DNA of 64,000 nucleotides, taken from the NCBI GenBank assembly GCA_000092065.1, contig CP000594.1; one strand, given 5' to 3'. Below the pieces are notes generated by a model. It saw only the letters and a list, made by a program, of their open reading frames with translations. It did not search any database and was not told the origin of the DNA. Position 1 is the stretch's first letter; every line of letters starts with the position of its first letter. Of the stretch, positions 29,146 to 39,079 are shown one piece after another. The translations under genes and the position numbers were made by a program. The stretch comes from Ostreococcus lucimarinus. Lineage: Eukaryota.

Positions 29146-30174
29146 ATGCACCTCTCTCGCCCGCTCTTCGCGTCTCACGGCGCGCGCGTCGCTCGACGCG
29201 CTGAAAATCGCGGGAATGCGATCGCCGGACGCGCGCGCCCCGTCAGCACGCCGGCGGCGAACGAAACCGCGCGCGCGCGACGCGCGGCGGTCACGCGCGC
29301 GCTCAGGGACGCGGAGACGAACGCGGGAGTGCGCGATCGACGACCGGGGCTGGTGGTGATCGAAGAAGACGGAAGGATGCGCGAACGCGTGGAGGACGCG
29401 GCGAGGCGGTTGGCGCGGGAGGCGAACGCGGTGGACGAGCACGTGCTGAACGAGGAACTCGCGGAGCGGAGAATCGCGTGTGCGGTGGAGCAGGATGACT
29501 TTGAGTCGGCGCAAAATTTAGTGGAGGAAAGGAAGCGGAAGGAACAGGAGCTGTCGCCGTCGACGGCGTTAGCGGTGGCGCTGGCGAGACGACTGCGGGA
29601 GCCGAACGCGGAGGACACGGAGGTGATTTGCGCAGACGTCGTGCAGTTGGGTGATCGAAGGCTTGTGCCGGCGCTTTTGCGCGCGCTTTGCGTGGTGAGT
29701 GATGAACACGAGAGCGCGGCGCAAGCGATTGAACACGCGCTTTGGATGTTGTGGCAAAAGTCTGGTAATAGTCATTACGACGCGAGGTTATTAGACGGCA
29801 TTCGAGCGATGAGCATCGTGCCCGACGGGTTGCCCATGGCGCGGGATATCTTTTCAGAGATCATGGAAGCGAAGCCTGACTTCGCGGAGGCGCATAATAA
29901 ACGCGCGACGGCGTTGTACTTGATGCAGCTGTACGACTTGAGCATTAAAGATTGCGACAACGTACTCAAGCTCAACCCCCAACACTTTGGCGCGCACTCG
30001 GGGAAAGGGTTGTGCTATCTCGCCTTACATCAATATCAAAATGCCCTCGACAGTTTCGAGGCGGCGTTGAGAATCAACCCGAGGATGGTGCACGTTCGCC
30101 GGTATCGCGAATCACTCAAAACCATGATTGATCGGGTTGAGAGTAAGCGTTTACAAGGCGGCGACTCCCCGTAG
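29146..30174 (+). CDS. TPR-repeat protein
   Basis: ATG at 29146 (the ORF-track start at 29140 is GTG). C-terminal TPR units (AEAHNKRATALYLMQLYDLSIKDCDNVLKLNPQHFGAHSGKGLCYLALHQYQNALDSFEAALRINP). Confidence 0.5.
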   Translation: MHLSRPLFASHGARVARRAENRGNAIAGRARPVSTPAANETARARRAAVTRALRDAETNAGVRDRRPGLVVIEEDGRMRERVEDAARRLAREANAVDEHVLNEELAERRIACAVEQDDFESAQNLVEERKRKEQELSPSTALAVALARRLREPNAEDTEVICADVVQLGDRRLVPALLRALCVVSDEHESAAQAIEHALWMLWQKSGNSHYDARLLDGIRAMSIVPDGLPMARDIFSEIMEAKPDFAEAHNKRATALYLMQLYDLSIKDCDNVLKLNPQHFGAHSGKGLCYLALHQYQNALDSFEAALRINPRMVHVRRYRESLKTMIDRVESKRLQGGDSP

Positions 30175-30304
30175 GGTGCGACCGAAATTGATTCTTTCAT
30201 TCCGATATTCTTCTTCCGAGCATGACACGACGATACGACGACACAATAATGTACGATACCCAATTACAATAAACGAGATTTTGTATACGACATATATCTG
30301 TACT

Positions 30305-32836
30305 TTACGAAAATTCGCCGCGAGCTCTGAGCGCGGCGTACACTCGCGCTCGCGCCGCGCGGAGGGGTTCCATCTCCGCCGCAAATCGAGCGCTGTACGC
30401 GCGCTTATCTTCGCTAGATGTCGAATCATCGCGCATGTACTCCGCGCGCGCACTCTGAAGCTCGCTTATCTTTGTCTCGATCGCGTCGTATGCTTCAGAC
30501 GACGCCGTCTCACCGTCGCGCAAGGACAAGTCTACGTACGTCGCCGAGCGTCGGCTCGGATCGTACACTTGTCCAGGAGCCTCGCCCAGGGTCAACGCTT
30601 TATAAATCGGTTTGTCTCCCGCGGAGGCACCGAGATATGTGCCGTGAACGCCAGTCCAACTCGGTGCGACCTCGCTCGTGTTTTCCTTTTCGTCCCACCA
30701 AGTCTTGACGTCTCGCGACGTGTAGACGCCGCCGAGCGAACGGTTCGCCGTTTGATCAACGTCGACTTCATTATGTTCGGTCTGCTCCACTTCGTCGTCC
30801 TCGTCATCATCGCTGTCATCATGTGTACTCCGTGCAACGCGCCAGACGCTCACTCGACCGCCTTCGTCACCGATGACGACCATCCACGGTGACGCGGCGG
30901 TCAGGCGCTCGCCCGATCGAAGCGAGATCGGCGTTGGACTCCACGCCACGTGCGTCACCGCGCCGTCGCCGCTCGCGCGCCAACTGGATGTTGCTTCTAA
31001 TGTATCGCTATCGTGTACGCGCAAAAAACCATCCCGTGTGACGACAGCGACGAGGCCACCCATCGGAGAATGCGCCACTTTGACCACGGCGCCCGAGCGC
31101 ACGACGTCTACGCCTCGCATCGTCGCGATGACGCCTGAATGATCGCTGTTTTCCAAGAGAGGTTTCCCAGCCCCGCTCGGGGACGCTCGAATGGACCACA
31201 CACGCAACACACCGTCATCGCAACCCGTCACGGCGACGTTACGCGAACCAGGATGAGGATGCCAGGAGAAGGACGAGATTCGGCTCGAGTGTGCGTCGTA
31301 CCACTTACACAAGCGTCCGCTCACGGAGCTCCACACGAGAAGTCTGTTCAGAGATCTCGACGCGCCTTTCAACGCGGACATTGCCGTCGACGTGACGACG
31401 AGACGACCGCAGGAGAGGTAGTTCACGTCGATGATGGCGCCTGATTTCCAGCGAAGCGTGTGCAGGCACTCGCCCGCCGTCTCCGTCGCTTCTGCGACGA
31501 GATCCCACACTCGTCCATCGCCATCGAGAGAGCCGCTGGTGAGCTGCGCGCGACCACGCGTTGGATGAAACGCTAAACACGTTATCTCGCGTTTATGCGC
31601 GTTCAGTCCGGCAGGGATGACCAGCTCTAGCGTGGCGTGCGCGACGTCCCAGACGCAAATCGAGCCGTCACTCGCGCCCGCGGCAACGAACTCACCGGTA
31701 CGATCAAAGTCGATCGCGGTCACGTTGACAGACTGAGAGAATCCAACAAGTGCGTTTGTCGACGCCACTGACGCGCTTGGGGCGCCTCGTTCGGTTAAAT
31801 TAAATGTCCAAATACTCACGAAACCGTTCACGCCGGCGACGACGAGCTCGCCGTCGCCTTCTGGCGACCATTTCAACTCACTCACCGCGTGAGGTAACTT
31901 TGTCGAGTACAAGCACTCACCTTGAGGAACGCTAAATAACTTCAAGTTGTTATCCTCACCGATTGTGGCGACGTACGCGTTCGTCGTTTCCGCGCCGCCG
32001 CGCTCAATATTCGTCGAAGAAGGCTTCATCGCCAGACCGATAACGGGACCTCGATGCGCTTGCATGGACGCTACTCTGTCTTCGCGAAGCATCTTCGCCT
32101 CCACCCGCGCCAAACCCCCTATCAAAACGCTTGAGAACTCTTCGTCGTCATCGCTTGAGGTCGCTCGATCGACGCATTCGCGATAAAGCTCGGCGGCGCG
32201 GGACCACGCGCCGAGCGCCTCGAGCGCGCGTCCCTTCAAAATCCAAGGAGGAAACCACAGAGCGCGAACGCCGATGGCGCGATCGGCATCATCACACGCT
32301 TCTCGCCAGCGATCGAGTTTGGCGTACGCCATCCCTCGAGCGTGGTACAACTCGGCGTATTCCGCCGTTCCGTCCACTTTCGCGTACGCCGCCGCCGCCG
32401 TGTAACATTCAATCGCCTTCTCATACTCCCCAGCCTCGTACCGCGCGTCACCGATCGCCTTCAAATCTCCACCCATCGTGATCGAAGCGCCGTCTTCGCC
32501 TTGGCGTATCTCCAACGCGACCTCGACCTCGACCTCGTCTCTTCGGCGCGCGTCTCGCTCGCGCGTCTCGTCTCCCCTCGTCCCCGACCCGAATGCCGCG
32601 GTCCCCATCGTCGCCAACGCCGCGCGTTCGCGCTCAAACTTTGTCGTTATCGTTTCGTACGCGCGCTGTATCGCGCGGAACGCCTCGACGTCGCCCCCGG
32701 GCTTATCCGGGTGGTGCGCTCGTGCGAGCGTTTTATACGCAGCCTTCACATCGCGTTCGGACGCGCCTACGTCGAGACGGAGCGCGCTGAACGCGCTCGC
32801 GAGCGCTCGGCGCGCGCGTCGACGATTGTCCGACAT
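30305..32836 (-). CDS. J-domain protein with TPR repeats and a C-terminal WD40 beta-propeller
   Basis: ATG at 32836 (the track start at 32839 is GTG). J-domain HPD motif (AYKTLARAHHPDKPGGD). TPR-like helices, then multiple WD-like repeats (GHxxxV...W). Confidence 0.6.
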   Translation of the reverse strand: MSDNRRRARRALASAFSALRLDVGASERDVKAAYKTLARAHHPDKPGGDVEAFRAIQRAYETITTKFERERAALATMGTAAFGSGTRGDETRERDARRRDEVEVEVALEIRQGEDGASITMGGDLKAIGDARYEAGEYEKAIECYTAAAAYAKVDGTAEYAELYHARGMAYAKLDRWREACDDADRAIGVRALWFPPWILKGRALEALGAWSRAAELYRECVDRATSSDDDEEFSSVLIGGLARVEAKMLREDRVASMQAHRGPVIGLAMKPSSTNIERGGAETTNAYVATIGEDNNLKLFSVPQGECLYSTKLPHAVSELKWSPEGDGELVVAGVNGFVSIWTFNLTERGAPSASVASTNALVGFSQSVNVTAIDFDRTGEFVAAGASDGSICVWDVAHATLELVIPAGLNAHKREITCLAFHPTRGRAQLTSGSLDGDGRVWDLVAEATETAGECLHTLRWKSGAIIDVNYLSCGRLVVTSTAMSALKGASRSLNRLLVWSSVSGRLCKWYDAHSSRISSFSWHPHPGSRNVAVTGCDDGVLRVWSIRASPSGAGKPLLENSDHSGVIATMRGVDVVRSGAVVKVAHSPMGGLVAVVTRDGFLRVHDSDTLEATSSWRASGDGAVTHVAWSPTPISLRSGERLTAASPWMVVIGDEGGRVSVWRVARSTHDDSDDDEDDEVEQTEHNEVDVDQTANRSLGGVYTSRDVKTWWDEKENTSEVAPSWTGVHGTYLGASAGDKPIYKALTLGEAPGQVYDPSRRSATYVDLSLRDGETASSEAYDAIETKISELQSARAEYMRDDSTSSEDKRAYSARFAAEMEPLRAARARVYAALRARGEFS

Positions 32837-33114
32837 CACGCGCGCGACCGGTCGCCTTCGCGCGCGCCGAGGGCGTCGTGGTGTGCTCGGCGTGCTCGAT
32901 GAAAAAAAGCGTTTCTGCCAGACGGACGTTTTTTGAGCTCGAGACTCGGGGAGTGAATAAAAATGGAATTAGGGTCGATTTGTGTTATTAAAAGCGAGTC
33001 GAGTCGGTCGTCGAGAGTTTCCGTGGAGTTTCGTTCCATCGTCTTCCGTGATCGCGGTTTTCGCGAGATGAAGAAGTGCGTGGACGAGTGACGAGCGAGC
33101 TGGCGTTCGCGCGA

Positions 33115-34131
33115 CTAGCGCATGAACGTCGCCGCCATGTCGTAGCCCAGAACAGCGTTCATGAAAGCTCGGTGATCCGGGACGAAGTTCGTCATCTTAC
33201 GGTTATCGACGAAGTTTCTGAACGCCTCCATGACTTTGTCCGGAGCGCTGCCGTAGACGTCCTGGACGGCGCGCCACGCGTTATCGCTCGGAGCGACGGC
33301 GAGCACGGCGCTGCGCATCTTAGCCATGGTGACGTTGTCCGCCTCCTTGTGCACAACCTTCTTCGGAACCGCCTTCGAGGACGGACCACCGAACGGTCGC
33401 GCCTTGCCCGGCGACAGTTGAGCGCTCTTTTCCTTCTTCTTGTCCTCCTTGAGTTGCGCGGCGGCGATCTTGGTGGCTTCCCACGCGCGCTTCTCGTCGA
33501 GCAAACGCTGACGCTTGGCTTCACGAGCGGCGAGGGCGATGGCCTTTTGTTCAGCTTTGTACGCATCACGCTTGATGGCGTACGCCTGCGCTTCCTTCTC
33601 CGCCATGTCGTCGTACTTTTTGCGTTGCTGCGGCGTGCAAGCCTTCCACGCCGCGCCGAGCTGCGCGGCTTGATCGCGGAAAGACACGGCGTCGGGCGTG
33701 TTCGCCTTCGGTCTGAACGTCTTGTCGCGATATTCTTGCGCCCAAATGATGTAACTCGAACGGTTCTTGCGCGGGGCGTTCTTGTCCTTTTTGCGACGCT
33801 TGCGGTTACCATCCTTGTCGAATCGCAACGGCGGCTCCTCCTTCTCATCCGGAAGCGGCACGTAGTTCTGCATCTCGCGGTAGTATCGCGCCTTATCCTC
33901 GTCGGAAACGCGTTGACACTCATCTCGCTCGCTCTGCGTCACCGTCTTCCACTTCCCCGCGAGCTCCTTGGTCACGTCCGTGACGCTCCACGACGGATTC
34001 TTCTTTTGCGTCGCGTCTCTGTGCTTGTTCAAAAACACCAAATACGCCGACATCGCCCGCTTCGGCTTGTCCTTGTCCCGACGTTTCTTTCGCGGTTTCT
34101 TTTCCAACGTCTGCATCCCGACCGTCACCAT
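33115..34131 (-). CDS. HMG-box DNA-binding protein with two HMG boxes and a basic linker
   Basis: ATG at 34131. HMG boxes PKRAMSAYLVFLNKHRD... and PRKNRSSYIIWAQEYRD.... Confidence 0.65.
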   Translation of the reverse strand: MVTVGMQTLEKKPRKKRRDKDKPKRAMSAYLVFLNKHRDATQKKNPSWSVTDVTKELAGKWKTVTQSERDECQRVSDEDKARYYREMQNYVPLPDEKEEPPLRFDKDGNRKRRKKDKNAPRKNRSSYIIWAQEYRDKTFRPKANTPDAVSFRDQAAQLGAAWKACTPQQRKKYDDMAEKEAQAYAIKRDAYKAEQKAIALAAREAKRQRLLDEKRAWEATKIAAAQLKEDKKKEKSAQLSPGKARPFGGPSSKAVPKKVVHKEADNVTMAKMRSAVLAVAPSDNAWRAVQDVYGSAPDKVMEAFRNFVDNRKMTNFVPDHRAFMNAVLGYDMAATFMR

Positions 34132-34589
34132 CGTTCGCGTTCGTTCGCGCGCGTCTGCGTTCCCCTGCGCGCGTCGCGCGCGTCTTCGTCAGTCCCTCGC
34201 GCTTCAAAAAACCGTTTCAAACCGACATTCGTCCGTTGGCGCCCGCACCGATCCTCTCTCGCGCGCGACGCCGCGCGACGCCGCGACGCCCGTCGTCGCG
34301 CGTCCGCGCGTCCACCGTCGTCGTCCTCGTCCTCGTCGCCCTCGTCGTCGTCGTCGCGCGCCGTCGTCCCGCGCGTCGTCGTCGTCGTCGTCGTCGCCCC
34401 GTCGTCGTCGCGATTCGCGCCCGTCGGCGTCGCGATTCGCGTCGTCGCCGATCGTCGTCGCGATTCGCGTCGTCGTCGTCGTCGCGCGCGACGCCCCGCG
34501 TCGCCCGCGACGCCGAAGCGCGTCTCGAGCGTCGTCGCGAACGCACCGTAGTTAACGCCCCTCGCGCCGCGGTGTGCGCCCGCGCGCGC

Positions 34590-34800
34590 GTCGCGCAGGC
34601 GCGATCGCGCCTAGGTCGAACCGCGGCTCGACAGCGCGAAAAAACGCGTACTCTGCGCGATCGACGGGGCGATCGATCGATCGCGCGATCGACGCGCGAT
34701 CGACGGACCGTCGATCGATCGACGGGGGCGATCGACGGGTCATCGATCGATCGACAACGCCAGCGATCGACCCATTCGATCGAACGCGCGCGACGAGCGG
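34590..34800. repeat. Cluster of about 10 copies of the palindromic motif ATCGATCGA/CGATCGA within about 200 bp, in the divergent HMG-box/MBF1 intergenic region (MBF1 5' flank or UTR)
   Basis: Direct reading: ...cgatcgatcgatcgcgcgatcgacgcgcgatcgacggaccgtcgatcgatcgacgggggcgatcgacgggtcatcgatcgatcgacaacgccagcgatcgacccattcgatcgaacg... Confidence 0.8.
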
Positions 34801-34837
34801 CGCGTCGCGGCACTTCGCGACGACGACGACGACGACG

Positions 34838-34942
34838 ATGTCGCATCAGGATTGGAAGGAGATCACGATCGGGAAACGGGCGACGAGCGGGACGTCGGGG
34901 ACGAGCGCGAGGGCGATGAAGGACCCGAAGGCGGTCGCCGCG
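34838..34942 (+). CDS. MBF1: Multiprotein bridging factor 1 (MBF1/EDF1) exon 1 (MSHQDWKEITIGKRATSGTSGTSARAMKDPKAVAA)
   Basis: ATG at 34838. GTGCGC donor at 34943. Conserved MBF1 N-terminal QDW...V.I.K motif. Confidence 0.7.
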
Positions 34943-35134
34943 GTGCGCGAACGACGCGAACGCGCGAACGACGCGCGAATGAATGCGTGCGCGCGCGAAT
35001 GAATGAATGAGTGCGCGAACGAACGGACGGACGACGCGCGACGCGCGCGATGGACGACGCGGTAAAACGGGAAAACATCGCGCGCGAAAAGGCGGGAGAC
35101 TGACGACGCGGCGAACGGGGCGCGCACGACGCAG

Positions 35135-35174
35135 GCGTTGCGCGCGGGCGTCGCGGTGGACACGGTGAGAAAGG
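35135..35174 (+). CDS. MBF1: MBF1 exon 2 (40-nt micro-exon: ALRAGVAVDTVRK plus 1 nt)
   Basis: Acceptor ACGCAG at 35129-35134. GTAAGC donor at 35175. The peptide matches plant MBF1 ARRAGADIETVRK. Confidence 0.6.
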
Positions 35175-35273
35175 GTAAGCGGACGCGCGCGAAGACGACG
35201 CGACGCGAAAACGACGCGACGCGAGCGCGAAAGCGAGAAAAGATCGACTGACGGTGTCGCGCGCGCGTCGTAG

Positions 35274-35545
35274 ACTCGGGGGCGGGACGAAACGCGCTGA
35301 AACTCGAACTCGACGATGAAAACTTGACGCACAAGACGGTGAGCGCCGACGTGAAGAAGGCCATCTTGCAGGGACGGTTGGCGAAGAAGCTCACGCAGGC
35401 GCAGTTGGCGCAACAGATCAACGAAAAGCCGCAAATCGTGCAAGAGTATGAATCCGGCAAGGCGATTCCGAATCAGCAAATTCTGGGCAAGCTCGAGCGC
35501 ATTCTCGGCGTGAAGCTTCGAGGCAAGGGCGTGGGGAAAAAGTAG
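35274..35545 (+). CDS. MBF1: MBF1 exon 3 (DSGAGRNALKLELDDENLTHKTV... HTH domain ...QEYESGKAIPNQQILGKLERILGVKLRGK)
   Basis: Acceptor TCGTAG at 35268-35273 with GATCGACTGACGG upstream. Phase 1, in frame with ORF 35324..35545. Cro/C1-type HTH region nearly identical to plant MBF1. Confidence 0.75.
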
Positions 35546-35895
35546 TCGACCGTCGCGCGCGACGAGCGCGACTCGAATCGCCATCATCGCCACGCGGTAA
35601 AGTAGCAGACTCATCGCGTTCCGCGCTATTTTGTCAATCCAATCGAGGCATCACCTCACGTCGCGTCGCGTCGCGCTCGTCGTTCGCGCGTCGTCGTCGA
35701 CGCCGCGTCCGTCCCGCGCGGGGCGCCGCGCCCGCACTTCGCGACGCCGTCGAGCGCGCGCGAGAACGACGCCGCCGACGCCATCGCGGCGCGCGCGGCC
35801 GATCCATCGCACGCTTCTCCTCCGCGCCGAGTCGCGCCGCGCCCGAACGAGAAGGCGACGCGTCGCACGACGACTCGACTGGACTCGATCCGAGA

Positions 35896-36111
35896 ATGCG
35901 AGTGAAACCGCACGCGCACGCGTTCGATCGCGCGTTCTACGCCAAACTCGCGGGCGTGTCGTTCGTCATCGGCGCGGCGTTCGAAGCCTTCATGTTGAAG
36001 ACGGATTTTTACGCCAAAGTCGTGCACATCGAAGCCGAGCGCAGATTCCTCGCCGAGCAAAGGCGCGAAGGCGAGGGCTCGCGCGACGTCGGGTCGCGGT
36101 CCGCGTCGTGA
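35896..36111 (+). CDS. Small (71 aa) single-pass membrane protein, function unknown (possibly a mitochondrial respiratory-complex accessory subunit)
   Basis: ATG at 35896. One hydrophobic helix (LAGVSFVIGAAFEAFML). Compact, with its own AT-rich 3' flank. Confidence 0.35.
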   Translation: MRVKPHAHAFDRAFYAKLAGVSFVIGAAFEAFMLKTDFYAKVVHIEAERRFLAEQRREGEGSRDVGSRSAS

Positions 36112-36169
36112 ACTATATCTCTATCTCTAGTGCTAGCCTAAGCTTTAGAAGCGCGCGTTGTGTACTTTA

Positions 36170-36262
36170 GTTGTACGTCTAGTCGTCTCAAAGGCGTCGA
36201 GCGTCTCGGTCGAGCGTCTCGGTCGAGCGTCGCGTCTCGGTCGAGCGTCGCGTCGCGGACGT
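36170..36262. repeat. Short tandem repeat of the GGTCGAGCGTC(TC/GCGTC) unit in the convergent 3' region between the small ORF and the DCN1-like gene
   Basis: Direct reading of 36181-36260: cgagcgtctcggtcgagcgtctcggtcgagcgtcgcgtctcggtcgagcgtcgcgtcgcgg. Confidence 0.6.
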
Positions 36263-36285
36263 CGAACGCGTTCGTCGATTCTCGC

Positions 36286-37095
36286 TCACTCGGGTCCTAA
36301 ATCCATGTCCGAGCACACGCGCTTGGGCGCGCGTCCACCGACCGCGAGCTCGCGCTCGAATTCTCGAGTGAGACCGACGACGTTCGCCCGCGCCTCGGCG
36401 ACGTGCTCGACGCGGCGTTTACGACTCTCCGTCGCCGAAGCGAACGCCATCGACGAAAACGCGTCGACGCGCCGCGCGTCGTCCCCGCGTCCCGACGCCG
36501 TCGTCTCCGCGCGCATCGCCGCCGACCCCATCGCCTCTCGCGCGCACTCCACGAACTCATCGAACAAACTCGGCCACGCCTCGTTTTCGTCGTACCATCG
36601 CAAATCGCCGCCGAGCGCTCGCGCGCGTCTCACGAATTGATACGCCTGCGACCACGCGTCCGCGGTGATCACCGTCACATCGCGTCGATCGCGCACGTAC
36701 GACACGAACGCATCCACCACATCGTTCGCGTTCGCGCGCGCGCCTCCCTCGCCGTCGTCCATCGCGTCTCGCGTCGTCGCGTCTCGCTCCCGCGCGAACG
36801 TCTCCCGCCAACACGCCGTCGCCGCCTCCCTCGAGCAATGTCTCGCCCCTCGCTCGCGCATCACGGCGTAACAAAACTCATACCTCGCCTCCGCGTCGTC
36901 GTCGCCCGTTTCCACGCACTCGACGCATCGCGCGACGCGTTCGTCGATCGTCGGCGCTCGCATCGCGAAATCCGTCCCGTCGCTCACCCATCTCGCGGCG
37001 TCCCGGCGCCGCGAGTCGCGCGGGGACGTCGACGCGCGCGGCGCGCGCGCGAGCATCGTCGCGTACGCGCGATAGTCGGACCGCGCGGACGCCAT
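36286..37095 (-). CDS. DCN1-like protein (defective in cullin neddylation; PONY/DCUN1 domain)
   Basis: ATG at 37095. C-terminal PONY-domain signature WYDENEAWPSLFDEFVECA (human YDEEGAWPVLIDDFVEFA). Confidence 0.55.
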   Translation of the reverse strand: MASARSDYRAYATMLARAPRASTSPRDSRRRDAARWVSDGTDFAMRAPTIDERVARCVECVETGDDDAEARYEFCYAVMRERGARHCSREAATACWRETFARERDATTRDAMDDGEGGARANANDVVDAFVSYVRDRRDVTVITADAWSQAYQFVRRARALGGDLRWYDENEAWPSLFDEFVECAREAMGSAAMRAETTASGRGDDARRVDAFSSMAFASATESRKRRVEHVAEARANVVGLTREFERELAVGGRAPKRVCSDMDLGPE

Positions 37096-37171
37096 GCGTC
37101 ATTCGTCGCCGACGAATGACGCACGGCGAATGACGAACGACGCGCGGCACTCGTCGACGCTCGCGCGCGCG

Positions 37172-38131
37172 ATGACGCGCGAGGACCGCGCCGAGCGCGG
37201 TGGTGCGTCGAGCGGCGACCGCGCGACGCGACGCGACGCGACGACGGCGCAGCGGCTGACGTTTCTCGCCATGGCGCCGGTGTTCGCGCTGTCGTTTCAA
37301 CTCTCGATCTTCGCGTCGACCGACGGCGCGCGCGTCGATCGACGCGCGCGACGATCGCCCGGATTCGAGTGGGGCAAGTTCATGACGCGGAGCGTCGCGA
37401 ACGCGCGGTTCAAGCTCGCGCCCGGGAGCGGGACGCTGGCGAGGGAGAAGCGAAGGACGGTGTGGTTGTGCAACCATCGCGCGTGGAGCGACTTCTTCCT
37501 GGACATTTATCTCACCGAAGGACGCGCGTTCACGATGAGCCGAATGCTCGTCGCGTACGCGTTTCCGCTGTTCATGGTGCCGGCGATGGTGTGCGGGGTG
37601 GTGTTCGGATTTAAACGCGACGCGGGGGATAAGGAGAAATTAAACGCCGCGCTCGACGCGCACTTTGACGCCTTCGGCGGCGAATTCGCGGGCATGGTGT
37701 GTTACCCGGAAGGCACGCGAAACGTGAGAGAAAACTCGATGCCGTTGAAGCGTGGGATGCTGAGGTACGCGCACTCGCGGAAGATGGCGGTGCAGTGCGT
37801 GTGCACGGCGAGGAAAGAGCGGGTGTTTAGTTCGCATTTGACGTGCGCCGAGCGCGGGTTGGCGTTGCCGGTGTATTTCGCCGAGGTCATTCACGCCGAG
37901 GATTACCCAGATTTCGAGGACTTTTACAACGAGATTCGCTCGAGATGGGACAACGCGTGGAGCGCGGCGAACGGGGTGAGCGCGGCGGAGGCGGAATCGC
38001 TTCCGGATTACACGCCTCGAGAGCACGTCGTTCGGTGCACGCCTCGTCACGACGCCGTCATCGTGTCGAGCGCTCTGCTCACCGTCCTCGGCGTCGCCTT
38101 GACTTGGCGCGCGTGTTCGAAATTGTTGTAG
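37172..38131 (+). CDS. Membrane-bound lysophospholipid/glycerolipid acyltransferase (LPAAT/PlsC-like)
   Basis: Acyltransferase motif I NHRAWSDF (HxxxxD) and motif III PEGTR. Start uncertain: in-frame ATGs at 37130, 37172 and 37271. The track start at 37094 overlaps the DCN1 start codon. Confidence 0.6.
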   Translation: MTREDRAERGGASSGDRATRRDATTAQRLTFLAMAPVFALSFQLSIFASTDGARVDRRARRSPGFEWGKFMTRSVANARFKLAPGSGTLAREKRRTVWLCNHRAWSDFFLDIYLTEGRAFTMSRMLVAYAFPLFMVPAMVCGVVFGFKRDAGDKEKLNAALDAHFDAFGGEFAGMVCYPEGTRNVRENSMPLKRGMLRYAHSRKMAVQCVCTARKERVFSSHLTCAERGLALPVYFAEVIHAEDYPDFEDFYNEIRSRWDNAWSAANGVSAAEAESLPDYTPREHVVRCTPRHDAVIVSSALLTVLGVALTWRACSKLL

Positions 38132-38290
38132 CGCAGCGCGTCGCCTCGCGCGCTCGCGCCGTCGTCGCTCGCGCGTAGCGGTTTTCATCGTCAAAGTCTC
38201 GTCGCGCCGCGTTCCAACCGCCGCGTTCGCCCGCGCGCGCCGCACTCGCCCGCGCGCGCACCGACGTCCTCGTCGTCGCGCGCGAGCGTC

Positions 38291-38504
38291 ATGACGACAA
38301 CGACGGACGACGCGTTCGTCTCTAAAACCACGCAAGAGCTGTTGAACGCGCGCGAGGCGATGGAGATTGAAATGCAAGCCATCGCGAGTCGACTCACCGC
38401 GCCGAACGCGCCGGGCCTGCGCGGCGCTCTGACCGATGCCGATGGGTTCCCGATCGCTGGATGCGATTTATACGCCGTTCGCGCCGATCGAGGGCGGTAC
38501 GACG
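38291..38504 (+). CDS. PSMD9: 26S proteasome non-ATPase regulatory subunit 9 (PSMD9/Nas2/p27 assembly chaperone) exon 1
   Basis: ATG at 38291. GTGCGT donor at 38505 (phase 1). Confidence 0.7.
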
Positions 38505-38603
38505 GTGCGTGAGAAGACGCGCCGCGTCGACGCGCGCGCGCGCGGCGAAACGCGACGACGATTCGACTGACGTTTACGCGCGTGCGGACTCGCTGAACGA
38601 TAG

Positions 38604-39049
38604 TGCTTCGGAACGATTATAAACGAATCATGACCGAGTTGGAATCTCGCGTGATTCGGGGAATGCAAGGAGACGGGGAGGTGATGAAGGGCGTCGGGGC
38701 GCCGACGCCGACGCCGACGCCGACGGAGGACGCGGCGCCGACGGAGAACGACGTCGGAAGGGCGTTCATGGTGATCGATGAAATCATGGACGGATGTCCC
38801 GGGGAAGTCGATGGACTGCGCGTGGGTGATCGCGTGTGCGCCGTAGGAAACGTGACGTGGGGATTCGAGGACCCGAGCGCGTCTCCGCCGGCGGAGGTGT
38901 TGCGAAACGCCACGCAGACGTTTGCGGATAATGAGAATTCTGTCGTTCGGGTCGTGGTGTTGCGTCGAGGTGAGCGCGTAGCAGTAGAAGTGACTCCGCG
39001 CGCGTGGTCGGGTCGAGGTTTAGTCGGATGTCACATGCGTTCGGTGTGA
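38604..39049 (+). CDS. PSMD9: PSMD9 exon 2 (PDZ domain: MVIDEIMDGCPGEVDGLRVGDRVCAVGNV...)
   Basis: Acceptor GATAG at 38599-38603 with GATTCGACTGACG about 35 nt upstream. The spliced junction VRADRGRYD-VLRNDYKRIM aligns with human VRTARHNIICLQNDHKAVM with no gap. The ORF-track piece 38603..39049 starts on GTG. Confidence 0.7.
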
Positions 39050-39079
39050 CAGGTAGTGTACACGCCGAATGAAATTGAA

